In this document: in pieces, positions 1 through 15,718 of the stretch
Layout: each line of letters opens with the position of its first letter
Position numbering within the stretch: position 1 is the stretch's first letter
Assembly (NCBI GenBank): GCA_951406725.2
Contig: OX597824.1
Span: 52,452,001 to 52,516,000, forward strand
Reading direction: 5' to 3'
DNA from: Octopus vulgaris
Taxonomy: Eukaryota
DNA length: 64,000 nucleotides
The notes under the pieces: generated by a model
Databases searched by the model: none
Seen by the model: the letters and a program-made list of their open reading frames with translations, nothing else
Told to the model about the DNA's origin: nothing
Position numbers and translations under genes: made by a program

Positions 1-277
1 GTGTATGTGTACGTGCATGCGCGTGTGTTTTTCTCTCATACATATACATATCTCTTTCTATATCTATCTGTCTATTTATTTGTTTGTTTATTTATCTAGT
101 TATCTATCTATCTAACTATCTATCTATCTCCATCTCTCTCTGTGTCTCTCTCACTGTCTCTCTCCCCCTCTCTCTCTCTATATATATATGTATATATACA
201 TACAAGAATATATACAGATAGATAGATAGACATGCATATATATATACATGTATATATATATGTATGTATGTATATAC

Positions 278-1209
<932 letters not shown>

Positions 1210-1295
1210 AAGGGTGAAAAGGAACACACGAGTTGATATATATGAAAAAACAAGTCAAAATAGAAAATGCTAAAATAATTTTATAAAGAACATTT

Positions 1296-1333
1296 CAGTA
1301 CCGGTTTCAGTCATTTTGAGACCTTTTCAACTG
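1296..1333 (-). ncRNA. Minimal type I hammerhead ribozyme motif (U3-A8 variant), left copy
   Basis: Minus strand: cag TTGAAAA ggtc tcaaaat gact GAAA ccgg TA ctg. Confidence 0.65.
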
Positions 1334-1589
1334 TAACGATTAAATAATTAAATTTAGAAAAATTAAAACAAAAGTTTTTTTAAAGGAATATTTGTAGTGT
1401 TCAAATATAAGTGGCATTGTGCCTTTCTCTGTCTCCCTTGTTTGCACTTGTGTGTTCGGCCTCGAACATACAAGTGCAAGCAAGGGAGACAGAGAAAGGC
1501 ACAATGCCACTTATATTTGAACACTATACAAATATTCCTTTAAAAAAACTTTTCTTTTAATTTTTCTAAATTTAATTATTTAATCATTA

Positions 1590-1627
1590 CAGTTGAAAAG
1601 GTCTCAAAATGACCGAAACCGGTACTG
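1590..1627 (+). ncRNA. Minimal type I hammerhead ribozyme motif (U3-A8 variant), right copy
   Basis: cag TTGAAAA ggtc-tcaaaat-gacc GAAA ccgg TA ctg: stem I cag/ctg, stem II ggtc/gacc, palindromic stem III ACCGGT, predicted cleavage after GUA (1624). Confidence 0.7.
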
Positions 1628-1687
1628 AAATGTTCTTTATAAAATTATTTTAGCATTTTCTATTTTGACTTGTTTTTTCATATATAT

Positions 1688-1745
<58 letters not shown>

Positions 1746-1872
1746 GTATATATATATATTGTTATATTTCGGAATGGTCATATTGCCAGTTTAGCCAATA
1801 AAAACACACGCACTATATATTTGGTGTTATTTTGCTTCAGTGATATTTATTTTTTACATTAATCTTAATCTT

Positions 1873-1920
1873 ATTTCGGCCAGAGTTCTTTCTTCACACT
1901 CCTGTGACCTCATCAGTGGT
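1873..1920 (-). ncRNA. Partial hammerhead motif (core plus stem II; stems I and III not evident)
   Basis: Minus: acca CTGATGA ggtca...tggcc GAAA taag; lies downstream of the GIY-YIG remnant on the same strand. Confidence 0.45.
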
Positions 1921-2284
1921 CCTTTGTTTTCTTCTTTCGTATTTGTGTCTCTCCTTACTAACCGTCAGCCATTTTGTATTTCTATTGTATGTCTTCATTT
2001 GCGCATGCTTATATCTCTATGTGCGTCTATGTTTATTTAGTGTGCGTGTGGGGGGATGCCTGTAATATTTGTATCTTCTGTTTATATACATTCATGTAAT
2101 TTGTATTTTGTTTTTATTGTTGTTGCTTTTGTTCTAATTTTGTTCATGTATTTACATCCACCCATTATTATCATTACATATGCTTGTATGTATGTATAAC
2201 AACAATATTAGTAATAATAATAATAAATCTAATTGAAAAAAAAAAAATATATATATATATATACATATACACATATATATACAC

Positions 2285-2351
<67 letters not shown>

Positions 2352-2469
2352 CATACATAGATATATATACATATATATAGTTATTCATTTCTATTTGTTT
2401 ATTTATCTGTGTATTTATTTATTATGTTTTCGGGATCCTCTATCGTCATATGTTGTGGTGTGTGCTATT

Positions 2470-2693
2470 GCTCCATTCTAGTTTTCTATTCAGGCTAGGT
2501 TTATTTTCTATTATATGTGTAGCTTCTGTAATTTGTCTAATTGTTGCATCTGTTCTATGTGTGGAAATATCTTAATCTCTATGTTATTGATTGATTCCCC
2601 GTGTTCCTGTTCGGCGTGTTGGTACAGAATCGATGAGCTTTTACCTTCCTTGAGTTGTCTCCAATGTTCATTCACCCGTTCTCCTATGCTTCT
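2470..2693 (-). pseudogene. Penelope-like element GIY-YIG endonuclease C-terminal fragment (frameshifted)
   Basis: Manual translation: [42 protein letters not shown] / [30 protein letters not shown], matching the R..EH, H...H, RQI.EA..I and P.LN.K.EW pattern of PLE GIY-YIG domains. Confidence 0.7.
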
Positions 2694-2725
2694 TCACATA
2701 AAAAATCTTGCACAACAAATATTTA

Positions 2726-3567
<842 letters not shown>

Positions 3568-3570
3568 TTA

Positions 3571-4443
<873 letters not shown>

Positions 4444-4448
4444 CATAA

Positions 4449-4486
<38 letters not shown>

Positions 4487-4493
4487 ATTATAA

Positions 4494-4617
<124 letters not shown>

Positions 4618-4973
4618 CAGGAAGAACGGATCCACTTTTGGTTCCTAACTTCCAAATTGCAATAGCGGACTAACTATTTATTTTTATTTAAATTTTGTAT
4701 TTTTATTTCATGCCGCTCGCCGACAGCTTTTATGGTTGAGAAGATATAATACGAGTGGATATAGTGGCTTTTTAGCGGCTTTGTCTGCTATTTCTATGGA
4801 TGTAAGGGTTTTTATAACCTTCTCGGTTATAATTGGGATTTATCCACAATTATACACTCTCCTTTTATGAACAATTTTTGATTGCATGTTCTGGCTACTG
4901 ATATACTCGTAAATAATTTTGAATTGTTTACGATATATCCAGCGAAATATATTTTGACATTCATTCGTCTTTC

Positions 4974-5295
<322 letters not shown>

Positions 5296-5436
5296 ATATA
5301 TATATATACATATACATGCATACGTACGTACGCACATACATATACATACATATATACAGCATGTATATATACATACATAGCTATATATATTTGTGTGTCC
5401 CTTACATATATCTATGTATACAGATGTATGTGGTAC

Positions 5437-5469
<33 letters not shown>

Positions 5470-5814
5470 TGCATGTATGCATGTGTGTATGTATGTATGT
5501 ATGTATGTATGTATGTATGTATGTATGTATGTATGTATGTATGTATGTATGTGTGTATATATGCATGTATGTATAACTGCAAGCTCTTTTTCATTGATCG
5601 TTTCGTCATCTCTACAAGGGAGAGAATCATGTTCTTTCATGTTGTTTTCGTCAGTGAAGCGAAAGTGCATTTGATGCGGAGTACATCATATAGTCATGAT
5701 ACATTTACTGAATTGAATTGAACTTTTGTTTTCGCTTCACGTACAGAATTCTCAATATGCGCATTCAACTATAAAATCCTTAATATAAGTATATATTTAT
5801 TCCGAATACCTAAT

Positions 5815-5940
5815 GCAGGTGTGTGGCCTAGTGGCTAGAGTGTCACACTAACGGTCGTCAGATTGTGGGTTCGATTCTTGGGTAGAACGACGTGTGGTGT
5901 TCTCCAGCAAAACACTTCATTTCGTGTTGCTCTAGTGCTT
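5815..5940 (+). mobile_element. Degenerate tRNA-derived SINE head
   Basis: Box A-like TGGCCTAGTGG, box B-like GGTTCGATTCT, then a CAGCAAAACACTT core. Confidence 0.6.
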
Positions 5941-6329
5941 CTTGGAGACCGGCATCTCAAAGAATAAACTAAACGTTTTACCTCTGCGTGTCGTAAAAGG
6001 CGACTAAACGAGACTGAGATAGTATTTGCATCCTGACCTCGTAAAACTTTCACCAACAGCGACTATCCAAAGCTGAACCATAAGTTAGAGAGTTGTTGCC
6101 TGAATGTTGCAGTGCTCTTTCAACCTTGAAAATGGTGGATGTAGTGATGTGCTGTTACAGCGCATATATCCTCTTCCTACTACCACTTTAGTCTCATCAG
6201 TACAAAGCAATCACAGATTTATTAGACAACCTATTTTTTCATTGTAATAGGTGAAGAGAAAAAAATTATTTTAGAAAAGGGAAACGCAGAGAACGTAAAA
6301 ACTGCATCACGACATTGTGAAAAAAGCTG

Positions 6330-6701
6330 CATCACGACACGATTCACTCTTCCCGAAATTTTGAAACGACATTTTGTGCTGCTTGATATTCATGCTGGAA
6401 GCTCAAATACGAACATTTCAGAGTGTTTGGGTATCAATCTGGCCACACAAGCATTGCACTGTCCTCGAACTGACACCCAAACACTCTGAAATATTTGTAT
6501 TAGAGCTTCCGGCGCGAATGCCAAGCAGTACAGCATATCGTTTCGAAATTTCTGGCAGAGCGAATTGTGTCATGGTGCTGATTTTCTCACAGACAGTTCC
6601 CAACTGACCCTACTATACTGTGTAATCGACAAAACCAAAAACAAACGAGCATGCCCGAAATTAAGAATATAAAATGTCGACAGTTTACGCATCGCACCCT
6701 G

Positions 6702-6703
<2 letters not shown>
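6330..6703. mobile_element. Tc1-like transposon 5' end with an inverted, diverged duplicate of the transposase start
   Basis: Terminus ...CGCACCCTG-TA at 6693-6703; minus ORF MTQFALPEISKRYAVLLGIRAGSSNTNISECLGVSSRTVQ (HTH-like); 6330-6438 is an inverted copy of ~6470-6575. Confidence 0.5.
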
Positions 6704-6743
<40 letters not shown>

Positions 6744-6744
<1 letters not shown>

Positions 6745-7124
6745 TAGCAGTATCGCCCGGCGTTGCTCAGGTTTGTAAGGGAAATAACTATAAAGCATTT
6801 TTAGAGAGTTATAGCCCAAAAATAGCAAAAAAATAGAAAAAAAATGATGGTAAATTTTTTGAGAGTTAAAAAAGGTGGAGTTGCGTCCCCTAGACGGTCT
6901 GTGGTTTGGGTTTCTGATTCTCGACCCCATGTCGAATTTATCGATTTTTTTCAGAACTGGGGGAACTTTTCAAAATTTTCGCTGCGTTAATTTTGAATTA
7001 TGACATTGGGCTATGTGTGTGTCAAGTTTCATCAGAATCGGTTGAAAGCCGTAGTCAGAGTGAGGGTACGAGAAAACAGACACACAGAAAACGCACAGAC
7101 AAACTGCCGTTTATATAGAGAGAG

Positions 7125-7125
<1 letters not shown>
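6744..7125 (-). mobile_element. Non-autonomous Helitron
   Basis: Minus strand starts TC after A, ends GAGCAACGCCGGGCGATACTGCTAG before T, no TSD, inserted in (TA)n. Confidence 0.75.
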
Positions 7126-7159
<34 letters not shown>

Positions 7160-7162
<3 letters not shown>

Positions 7163-7287
7163 TAATACCTCGATATACGAGTGAATTTGTTCCCGGAGAC
7201 CAATAATTTCCCCATAGTAGCAATGTTATAAATCGTAATTCGTTGCCAGAAGAATATGTTGCCTATAAAATTTATGATACTCGTAAA
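7160..7287 (+). mobile_element. pogo/Tigger-like transposon end fragment
   Basis: TA-CAGTAATACCTCGATATACGAG terminus; partner end not found. Confidence 0.4.
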
Positions 7288-8184
7288 TATTGGGTCATCC
7301 CATGAGTAATGCGATTTTTTGTACTACTTTTTTATTTTCAAAATTAAGATAAATCAAGATCTCTTTTAATCTAAAATATGCTCTCCTTTATTTTCTGCAA
7401 TGCTCTCCCATCTATCTCGTAGACTTGCAAGGCCCCTTTCCAAAATTCACTTGTTCATGACGAAAAATACTCCTCCAGTACTGTTCTGACCTCGTCTACA
7501 GAATTCATATTTTTTTCCGTCCAAATGATTTTGAAGACTGAGGAATAAATGATAATCAGATGGGGAAATGTCCGGCGAATATGGTCGGTGGTGCATCATT
7601 TCCCTTTGGTATGTCATCCTCGCTGTATGTGACCTAGCGTTATGCGGATGGAAGAACACCTTTCGTCTTGAAACCAAAGATGGTCGTTCTCCGATGGCAT
7701 ACAGGTGTCAATGAATGATTTAATGACCAAGTCCAAGCCTCTCTTCTAGTTCATCAACAGTTATGATGAGCTTTTGTTCAACCAGGGTTTTCAGGATGTC
7801 CTTGTCGAGCTTTACAGATCTTCCAGGACGAAGTTTGTCTTCTAAGCTGTACTTTCTGGCTCGAAATTTCTGGAACCACCGCTGACACTGGCTAACGCTT
7901 GTAGTCCGACCCCCATACACTGCATTACTATTCCTCGCACTTTCCGTTTCGTTGTTGCCTTTGTTGAACTCATAAAGCAAAATATGCTGAATATGCTCCT
8001 TTGTCGCTTCCATTGTAGCTTTGAAAAAATAACTGTTAAAATCGGACTACACTCTTCAAAACTTGCACAAGATAAAGTTACTATCTGCTTTTATAGCAAG
8101 TTGATGCAGGTAGTTTATTCCGTCCCCCTCCGACTTTCAGTTCATGAAATTGAAAAACTGGCATTATTTTGGGAATTACACAAT
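7288..8184 (-). mobile_element. Internally deleted mariner transposon
   Basis: ORF 7720..8013 (HIQHILLYEFNKG...CQRWFQKFR...RPGR, mariner HTH) and 7447..7677 (HNARSH...PYSPDISPSDYHLF); diverged TIR-like ends TATTGGGTCATCCCATGAGTAATGC / GCATTATTTTGGGAATTACACAATA. Confidence 0.85.
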
Positions 8185-8997
8185 AAATAGCACTAAAACA
8201 ACAGTAGAATGTAAAGAATATTTTATGTAAAGTAAAAAGAATTTCAAGATCATTTATAGTAAAAAAAAATGTTATAATCGTTTTCTGAATTACTTTCGCT
8301 CGCACTAGACTCATGTACCTCAGGTATTCTCGCACTCACACACACACAAACAAACAAATGTGTATATGTATGAAACGTACACTTTTCCAAACCTATATTT
8401 ACGCTAGTAAATGCATATATACACAGGCATTTCATTCTTTCAATGTTGATAAAATAAAGTACTAAAGTCAGCGGAATCGACCAGCCCATTCTCTTAATTC
8501 CTGGCCTTGGAGTAAAATAACCTTAAGACTTTGAACTGTACACAACAATATCTACAACTGAAAATATAGAAGTAAAGTGAACACCTCACATAGAACACGT
8601 CCCACTACACAAGCACACACCCACACTCATAAATACATGGGAAAATTCTCTCTCTCTCTTTAACACACACACAGATACTCACATACACACGCGTGCGCAT
8701 TCCCATGAAACTAAACCATTATTTCCAGGATTGTCATATAGAGTATCTCATTAACATAATATATTGATATACATTTCTGCATTAAAGAAGCAATTAAAAG
8801 CCGATTGATATATCTAGCACAGATCAATAAATAAAGTGAAATCGTTTGTCGAAGGATTGCCAATTGATTACCGATTGATTGTTGAGTAGAACGCCATTGT
8901 AATTGGGCTTGTCATGTATAAATATTCCGTTACTTGTTTTTTTTTTCTGTCAACAACATACGCACATACACACACTTATAAACCGAACCATGTATAA

Positions 8998-9033
<36 letters not shown>

Positions 9034-11089
9034 GTGTGGTGCGGTGTGCGTGTGCGAGTGTGCATGCTTATGCGCACTCCGAAATAGAGACACATTTTCT
9101 ACCACACACATCATATTATCTATTTGCATCAATGGTACTATCTATTATTCACGAGACACATATTTGACATCAATTTCTGAGAAAGAAAGCATAACGGTAT
9201 GGAAAAGGAATAGATTGAAAGGCCTGCAGGCAGTTGATGTGCGGGATTAACAACTTGCTTTTCATTGGTTCTGAAGATATTGTACTTAATCTTTCTGTTA
9301 TCGTCTCTGAATCGGTGGGAATCCGGCCAGCGAAAAAGGTAATCTAAAGGATACAACAAAGATTTGTGACTTACTTAAACACATAACAGCTGCAAATTAC
9401 CGATCGTTCTAGTTAATTTCTTATCCGTAGATTATCTTCTCAGCTAGTCGTTGAATAGAAGAGAAGATGATTTGAATAAGTTATTTATATACTATTTCGA
9501 TTGTCTAACTTGAGTTCAATCTACTACGATTATTATCGCATTGGTTTCTTAGAAAACATTCCATATTGTTTTCCTTCAGTTTGCTAATATCGGTTGGACA
9601 TGGGAAAAGGGATTTAATCAGCCGTCAATATCATTCGGTTCCTGTGCATAGTATTTAACTCAATCTAGAATTCAATGTCACGTGACTAGATTTCCTGAAA
9701 GTAGGATTAGCTAGCATTATGATTTATTGAAATTCAAGCTTCCTTTTCAATTGAATTCAGTCACTTCTACACGAAAATCCTTTCTTGATCCTTATCCTTC
9801 TAGCAACAGTCATAGCAAGATATTTTGCAAAATAAATCTGAATCATGACATACAACAATTTAATCGCCACATAAATCTAACAAACAAAACAATATGAAGA
9901 CACTTAATTTTCTCGAAGCTGGAAATATTAGTTTTCCTGTTTTCCTCAGATAGTGAAAACAAGTCTTGTATCTAAGAGTTAATAAGTAAGGACAGTTATC
10001 ACTGAAGATATATGAAAAAAAATGGAGTTTGTATTTATGTAAGTATATAGCATATGATATAATCTGTTAATGATATATGTATTTATATATATATATATGT
10101 ATATACCCACAGACATACTAAACATGTAAGTGGAGTTAACAAATACATAGAAAAATCAGATAAATGAAAGACAAACAATAGATATATATCTGCAAGCAAC
10201 AATGAACTGCACACTATTTATGTATCCATCAAATAGAATATATATTCAAAAAGCTTTTTAATCTTAATTATAGAAGACTTTGTTGAAAACGAGTCAAGGG
10301 AGTCTTTATCCAGATATTGAAAAGTAATTTAATAACTGCTCTACACTCTAATCTTTTCTCCGACGACCAATCTACCGTAAATAGAGTTTGTTTAGTCGCT
10401 ATCATATTACCTATTGAATGACTTTTGTTTTTATGAACTACTTGAGTCAACAAATGATGTGACTAAGCAACACAGCGTAAACAATATCAGCTATATTAGA
10501 TAAAAATGCATGCCCACCGTAATTACCATAAATATATATATGCGTGCACGCGTGTATTTGCGTGTGTTTGTATTAATGAAAAATACAGAAAGCATTTTAT
10601 ATATTTTAAACTTTATATAACGTATACACGTTTCAGTTAATCAACGGACAAGATTACACAAATGTTTGGCTAATCTTAGTGAACTTCACATCAGTGATTC
10701 AGGTCAAAAATACAAAGTGTTGTGTTTGCTCTACGTTTGCTCAATATATATGCCTGTTCTGCAAATTGCCTGCAACCCCAATGGAGTGGAGGAGTACGGG
10801 GGTGATAGATTGCTAAGCAGTAGGAAGGAGTAAACAGAAGATAGAAAGGTCGATTCGAGGATACTGGCAGTGGTCACGCCCTCTTTTACTTATTTAGACA
10901 AAGACAGACACTGGTACATACTCCCAACCGTCCACGTATATACGCAACAGAGTGAAAAGAAAGAAAAGATAATACTGAACATAGACTCAATGCCGTGGTC
11001 AAAAGCATCAACAATACCAGGCCCAACGACAGCAACAATAATAATCTTTTCTACTGTTCTGCTAGCATACCGCATTAATAATGGCAATA

Positions 11090-11305
11090 TTAATCCTTTC
11101 TGTTATAGACACAAAGGCTTGAAACTTTAAGGGAGAGGTAAGTCGATTACATCGACCCCAGTGTTCTACTAGCACTTATCTTATCGACCCCGAAAGGATA
11201 AAAAGTGAAGTTGATCTCGGCAGAATTTGAACTCAAAGCGTAAAGACTAACAGATGTTTAGCATTTTGCCCGGCGTGCTAACGATTCCTCGAATTTGACG
11301 CGTTA
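11090..11305 (-). mobile_element. Cephalopod tRNA-derived SINE (OK/Nin-type)
   Basis: Same family as 39215-39423, 49040-49250 and 50662-50835; GAGTTCAAATTC box B and CCTTTCGGGGTCGATAA core on the minus strand. Confidence 0.75.
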
Positions 11306-12099
11306 ATAACAGTAATAACATGAATAACAACTCCTAAAGAATCCTAATTTTAAAAAATGGAAGGATGCAAACGAAGTACCTCAAACCATTTCATTCAACG
11401 TTATATTGTTTCTGTCAAAGAAATATTGAATTCTTTTCACAGATTATCAGTGTGCCTGGGACAGTATTGATGTATGTCTGAATATATCGACGATGATATT
11501 GTACGTCTAGGGCACTGATGAAGTTGACACATGTACAGGATATTGAAAGACTTTGCATATGTACGGGATACTGATAGAAGAGTTGGCGTATTGATGAAGT
11601 TTACTTATATTTAAACATGTAACATAAAAAGAAGATTGCAGAGAATAGAAAACAGGTATTGCTGTGCTGTTAAGATTTCTTGTAAATCTTTCCTCTACGG
11701 GACCATAGCAATCCATGTTTAAAATGCTCTTATTAGGGTTCTCAGATAATCTAGTATACATAAATCACAGTATGTGTGTGTATAATAACTAATGCATACA
11801 TTTCCACAATTCTCAACCTATTTTCACCAAACTTTACGCACACGTTACTTATGTCCCAAGGATGATCATGCACTAAACATTTACCTTTACCTATTCTGAG
11901 TTACTTGAAAGGTGATGCTTCCTTCCCTCTCTTCTGTTCGTTGATACCTTTGTTTATCTACCAATGCGTTATTTCACTTTAAGGATGCTTATTTACTCAT
12001 CCATTGTGATATTTCGACTGTTGTCCATTGTTTCAAATGCGTTTTAGCGAAATATATGTATATGCATGTATGTAGAGAGTAATACTAATCATCGATACA

Positions 12100-12870
12100 A
12101 AATGTCACAAATATATAAAGAGCATATTTCTTCATGCAAATATTCAGCATGCAGTGCCTCAACATCTAACTGTTTCCTCTACTCACCGTTGAAGAGTAAA
12201 CTTGCTACCAAACCTTTCCTGAGTGGAATCCTCACAAGTGATGAAATGTGAATCGCCTATAATCATTTCCAACGAAAACTATAATGGTTAGCACCCAATG
12301 AAAATTAAGGAATGTCCCCAAACCAGGTCGACCCCACGCAAAGAGTTATGCTCAGGGTTTGGTGGGATACGAAAGAAGTCATCTATCATGAAGTGTTAAA
12401 TCCAAACAAAGCAGTTAATACGGATAATTACTGTCGTCAGTTGGAAGCTAGCACCGAAATTTGCAGAAAAGCGCCCATCATTGATCATTCATAGACAGGG
12501 TGCTACTCAAATACGGTAATGTAAGAGCACATATTGCCAAAGTCACACTGCAAAAGATACAAAAGGTTTGTCTCATCTGCCTTACTCTCATGACCTTACA
12601 CCATCTATGACTTAGATCATTGCAGCACCATCTAGAGGGAAAACAATTATTAATTATGAAGAAGTTGTATATATGATATTGACTATTTCTTTGCTTCGAA
12701 ACCGGAAGAATTTTACGCCCGAATTATTAACAATTTGTCAAATCGATGGGATTATGTTATCAACAATGAGGGTAAATAGTTTCTTGATTAAATATATCAT
12801 TTAAGAACAAAGAATCATTTGTTTCTTTCCCATCTTGAAATGCGACAGGGCTTTCTGTCCAGCATAATAT
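12100..12870 (+). pseudogene. Degenerate mariner transposase
   Basis: PFLSGILTSDE, RVMLRVWWDTKEVIYHEVLNPNKAVNTDNYCRQL and HLPYSHDLTPS motifs with stops and frameshifts. Confidence 0.8.
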
Positions 12871-12909
12871 CCAAATAAACACTACACCAAAAGGAGAGGC
12901 GAATACGTT

Positions 12910-13110
12910 AAAATGAAGATAAAAATAGAGAACACAAATTTACATAAACAAGTGATTTGATAGAGTTTATTGAGTTTTGGTTACTTTTAAAAGGATTTCC
13001 TCTCATAGTGACTTCCTCAATAAATTTCTTTTTCTACCACTCACTATATTCTATATTCTTCTCTTATATCTGCCTATCTATTGTATATTCCACTTCATAA
13101 CCCATATATA
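12910..13110. repeat. Dispersed ~200-bp repeat, diverged direct copy of 14608-14810
   Basis: Shared AATGAAGATAAAAATAGA...ACAAGTGATTTGATA...GATTTCCTCTCATAGTGACTTC.TCAATAAATTTC...CTCACTATATT. Confidence 0.75.
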
Positions 13111-13199
13111 TGCATACATATGATAACCTATATGTATGCATATACACATAGAACTAGAACATGATAACAAAGAAGAAAACAAACACCTACTGACGAAGT

Positions 13200-13590
13200 T
13201 GACCATATTGCGACCGATGGGATAAAAGAATATAAGTGGAACTTAAAAATTAAAAAACAATTGCCAAGTTAGAACACAACCGGCCAAATATCGTTGTGTT
13301 ATGGAAATCAGCTGCTCTATGGACACTAATGTGGTTAGAAGAATACAAGAGAAAGAGGACATCTATAGACCATTCATAGGGCGTTTGCAAATCCAGTATC
13401 CAGGATACACTTTCAGTTTCATACCTAATATTTTTGGAGCAACGGGATATATACCAACAAGTCTGGGGCAAAATATGTCTGAACTAAGTATCTTGGGAAG
13501 AGAATGCATATCCTTAATTCATACACTACAAATGATTACGATATCTGGGACTATAAAAATCTACAAGGCCTCCTTGAGGTTAAAACATGA
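13200..13590 (+). pseudogene. RLE-type non-LTR retrotransposon (R4/Dong-like) endonuclease C-terminal fragment
   Basis: LEHNRPNIVV, then EISCSMDTNVVRRIQEKEDIY...FIPNIFGATG (RPD-like / E.S.P / K...Y / PI..GA.G pattern). Confidence 0.7.
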
Positions 13591-13706
13591 TGCTTTCCTT
13601 CACAACCTTAATATCCAAGCAAGTGGCCGGTCAAAATTTACTCTAAATGAAAATGACAAAGAGCATACATTCATGTGTGTGTGTGTGTGTGTATGTATAC
13701 TTGGAT

Positions 13707-13738
<32 letters not shown>

Positions 13739-14607
13739 TTACACACATACACACACACATATGAATCATTGACAAGAATTGTATTAACAGTGACTTCGAA
13801 GTTTCGTCCAGCTAAGCTATCATTGGGCTGCAATGCACATAGGTGAAAGACCGCGAATAATACCCATCTGCGTACTAACTATATTACATTATTTTCTGAA
13901 CCTACATGAACTAAAGCTGACACACCTAAACATACATATTTAATTGCAAAATTCAACATGCATGAATAAATTCCAGCAATTAGCACTTCCACAAATTTAA
14001 TCAATAAAAATTCTTACCATCTGACCACCACAACCAGTGTTATTTTTCCCTACAGTCTTGTTCACCAGGAATTTCCTGATCGAAGGTACGTATGTAAAAC
14101 TGAGCAGTAAAGGGTATCATGAACTAATTCTTTATATCTATATACATATAGAAAAAAAGAGGGATAAAGATAGAAAGACATACATGCGAAAAGTATGCCT
14201 GTGTATATATGTGCAAAAATTTTGAGAAAATGAGTGAGGTGACAGAGAGAGAGAGAAAGAGAAAGAGAGAGAGACAATGATAGAGGCATTCGCTTAGCTA
14301 TTTAAGTAAAAATTTGAAGTTGACCGATTTGCCGTGTCACACATATAACCAGCTTAATCGAAAAAGCACTTTAACGGCATTCGTTGCTTATTACGGAAAT
14401 TCCGGTGTCAGCAGCTTATGACGTCACTAAACAGATTTCCTATGCAGCAAGATGACTCAGTGCGTCGTATATCAACCCAATGAAACGCGGAAAACAATAT
14501 AACTCATTGCCCCTTATTTCATAATATATTTCATAAAAATATATAATTATATAACAAAATAAATAAACACTAAACAAAAAGAAGAGGGGGAAAGCTTAAA
14601 TGAAATC

Positions 14608-14810
14608 AATGAAGATAAAAATAGACAGAACAAATACAAGTGATTTGATAAGATTTATTGACTTTTAATTATTTTTAAAGGAATTTCCTCTCATAGTGAC
14701 TTCATCAATAAATTTCTCTTTCTCCTACTCACTATATTACATATCCTTATCCGTTATCCCTATCTACCTATCTGCCTGTCTATAGTATATTCCACTTTGA
14801 TTTCCCATAT
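14608..14810. repeat. Second copy of the 12910-13110 repeat
   Basis: Direct alignment by eye. Confidence 0.75.
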
Positions 14811-15311
14811 CATTCATAAATACATATCTATGTGCCTGCGCGCGCGCGTGTGTATTTAATTGCAGTTTGACTCAGTTCTGTATGACTTAAAGATTTGTGG
14901 GCGAGTATATTGAGTATATTAAAAGCATATGTAACTTGTAGCAAATGTTTGGGGCGCTACTTTCATTTATTCACTCATTCGTTTGCATATGTTTGTGTGT
15001 ATGTCTGTGCGTTTTTATGTTAAAATAGAAAAATTGTTTTAAATTAAATTGAATGATTACTCAGTACATTTGGTAGTGTAAAAATGTATTATTCTTTAAC
15101 AAAAATAATATTGATAGTGACTTTGAAATTTCGGGCAGCTAAACCATCACTAGATGGTATTCTTACAAGTTCACCTTATAGTCTCTGTTAAGTTAAAAAT
15201 TTTCAAGGGTAACCTGAGTTCCATTGAATGGTAATTATGCTGCATGGTAGATTGAGGTGGCCAGAGAATTTTATTGATTAAATTTGGAGAAGAACTAATA
15301 GTTTGAATTTG

Positions 15312-15705
15312 AGTGGCTGTGTGGTAAGTAGCTTGCTTACAACCACATGGTTCCGGGTTCAGTCCCACTGCGTGGCACCTTGGGCAAGTGTCTTCTACTA
15401 TAGCCTCGGACCGACAAAATCCTTGTGAGTGGATTTGGTAGAGGAAACTGAAAGAAGCCGTCGTATATATACATATATGTGTGTGTGTGTGTGTGTGTGT
15501 TTGTGTGTCTGTGTTTGTCCCCCCCAACATCGCTTGACAACCGATTCTGGTGTATTTACGTCCCCGACACTTAGCGGTTCGGCAAGAGAGACCGATAGAA
15601 TAAGTACTAGGCTTACAAAGAATAATTCCCGGGGTCGATCTGCTCGACTAAAGGCGGTGCTCCAGCATGGCCGCAGTCAAATGACTGAAATAGAATAAAA
15701 GAATA
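15312..15705 (+). mobile_element. Cephalopod tRNA-derived SINE (OR-type) with internal (TG)n
   Basis: Box A GTGGCTGTGTGG, box B GGTTCAGTCCC, CCTTGGGCAAGTGTCTT core, tail GGCGGTGCTCCAGCATGGCCGCAGTCAAATGACTGAAA. Confidence 0.85.
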
Positions 15706-15718
15706 GTTTTTTTTTAAT

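Larger units (their letters stand above)
1236..1687. repeat. ~450-bp near-perfect palindrome (fold-back) with a 4-nt loop GCCT at 1459-1462
   Basis: ATGAAAAAACAAGTCAAAATAG...CACTTGTGTGTTCG | GCCT | CGAACATACAAGTG...CTATTTTGACTTGTTTTTTCAT; bounded by (TA)n tracts. Confidence 0.95.
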
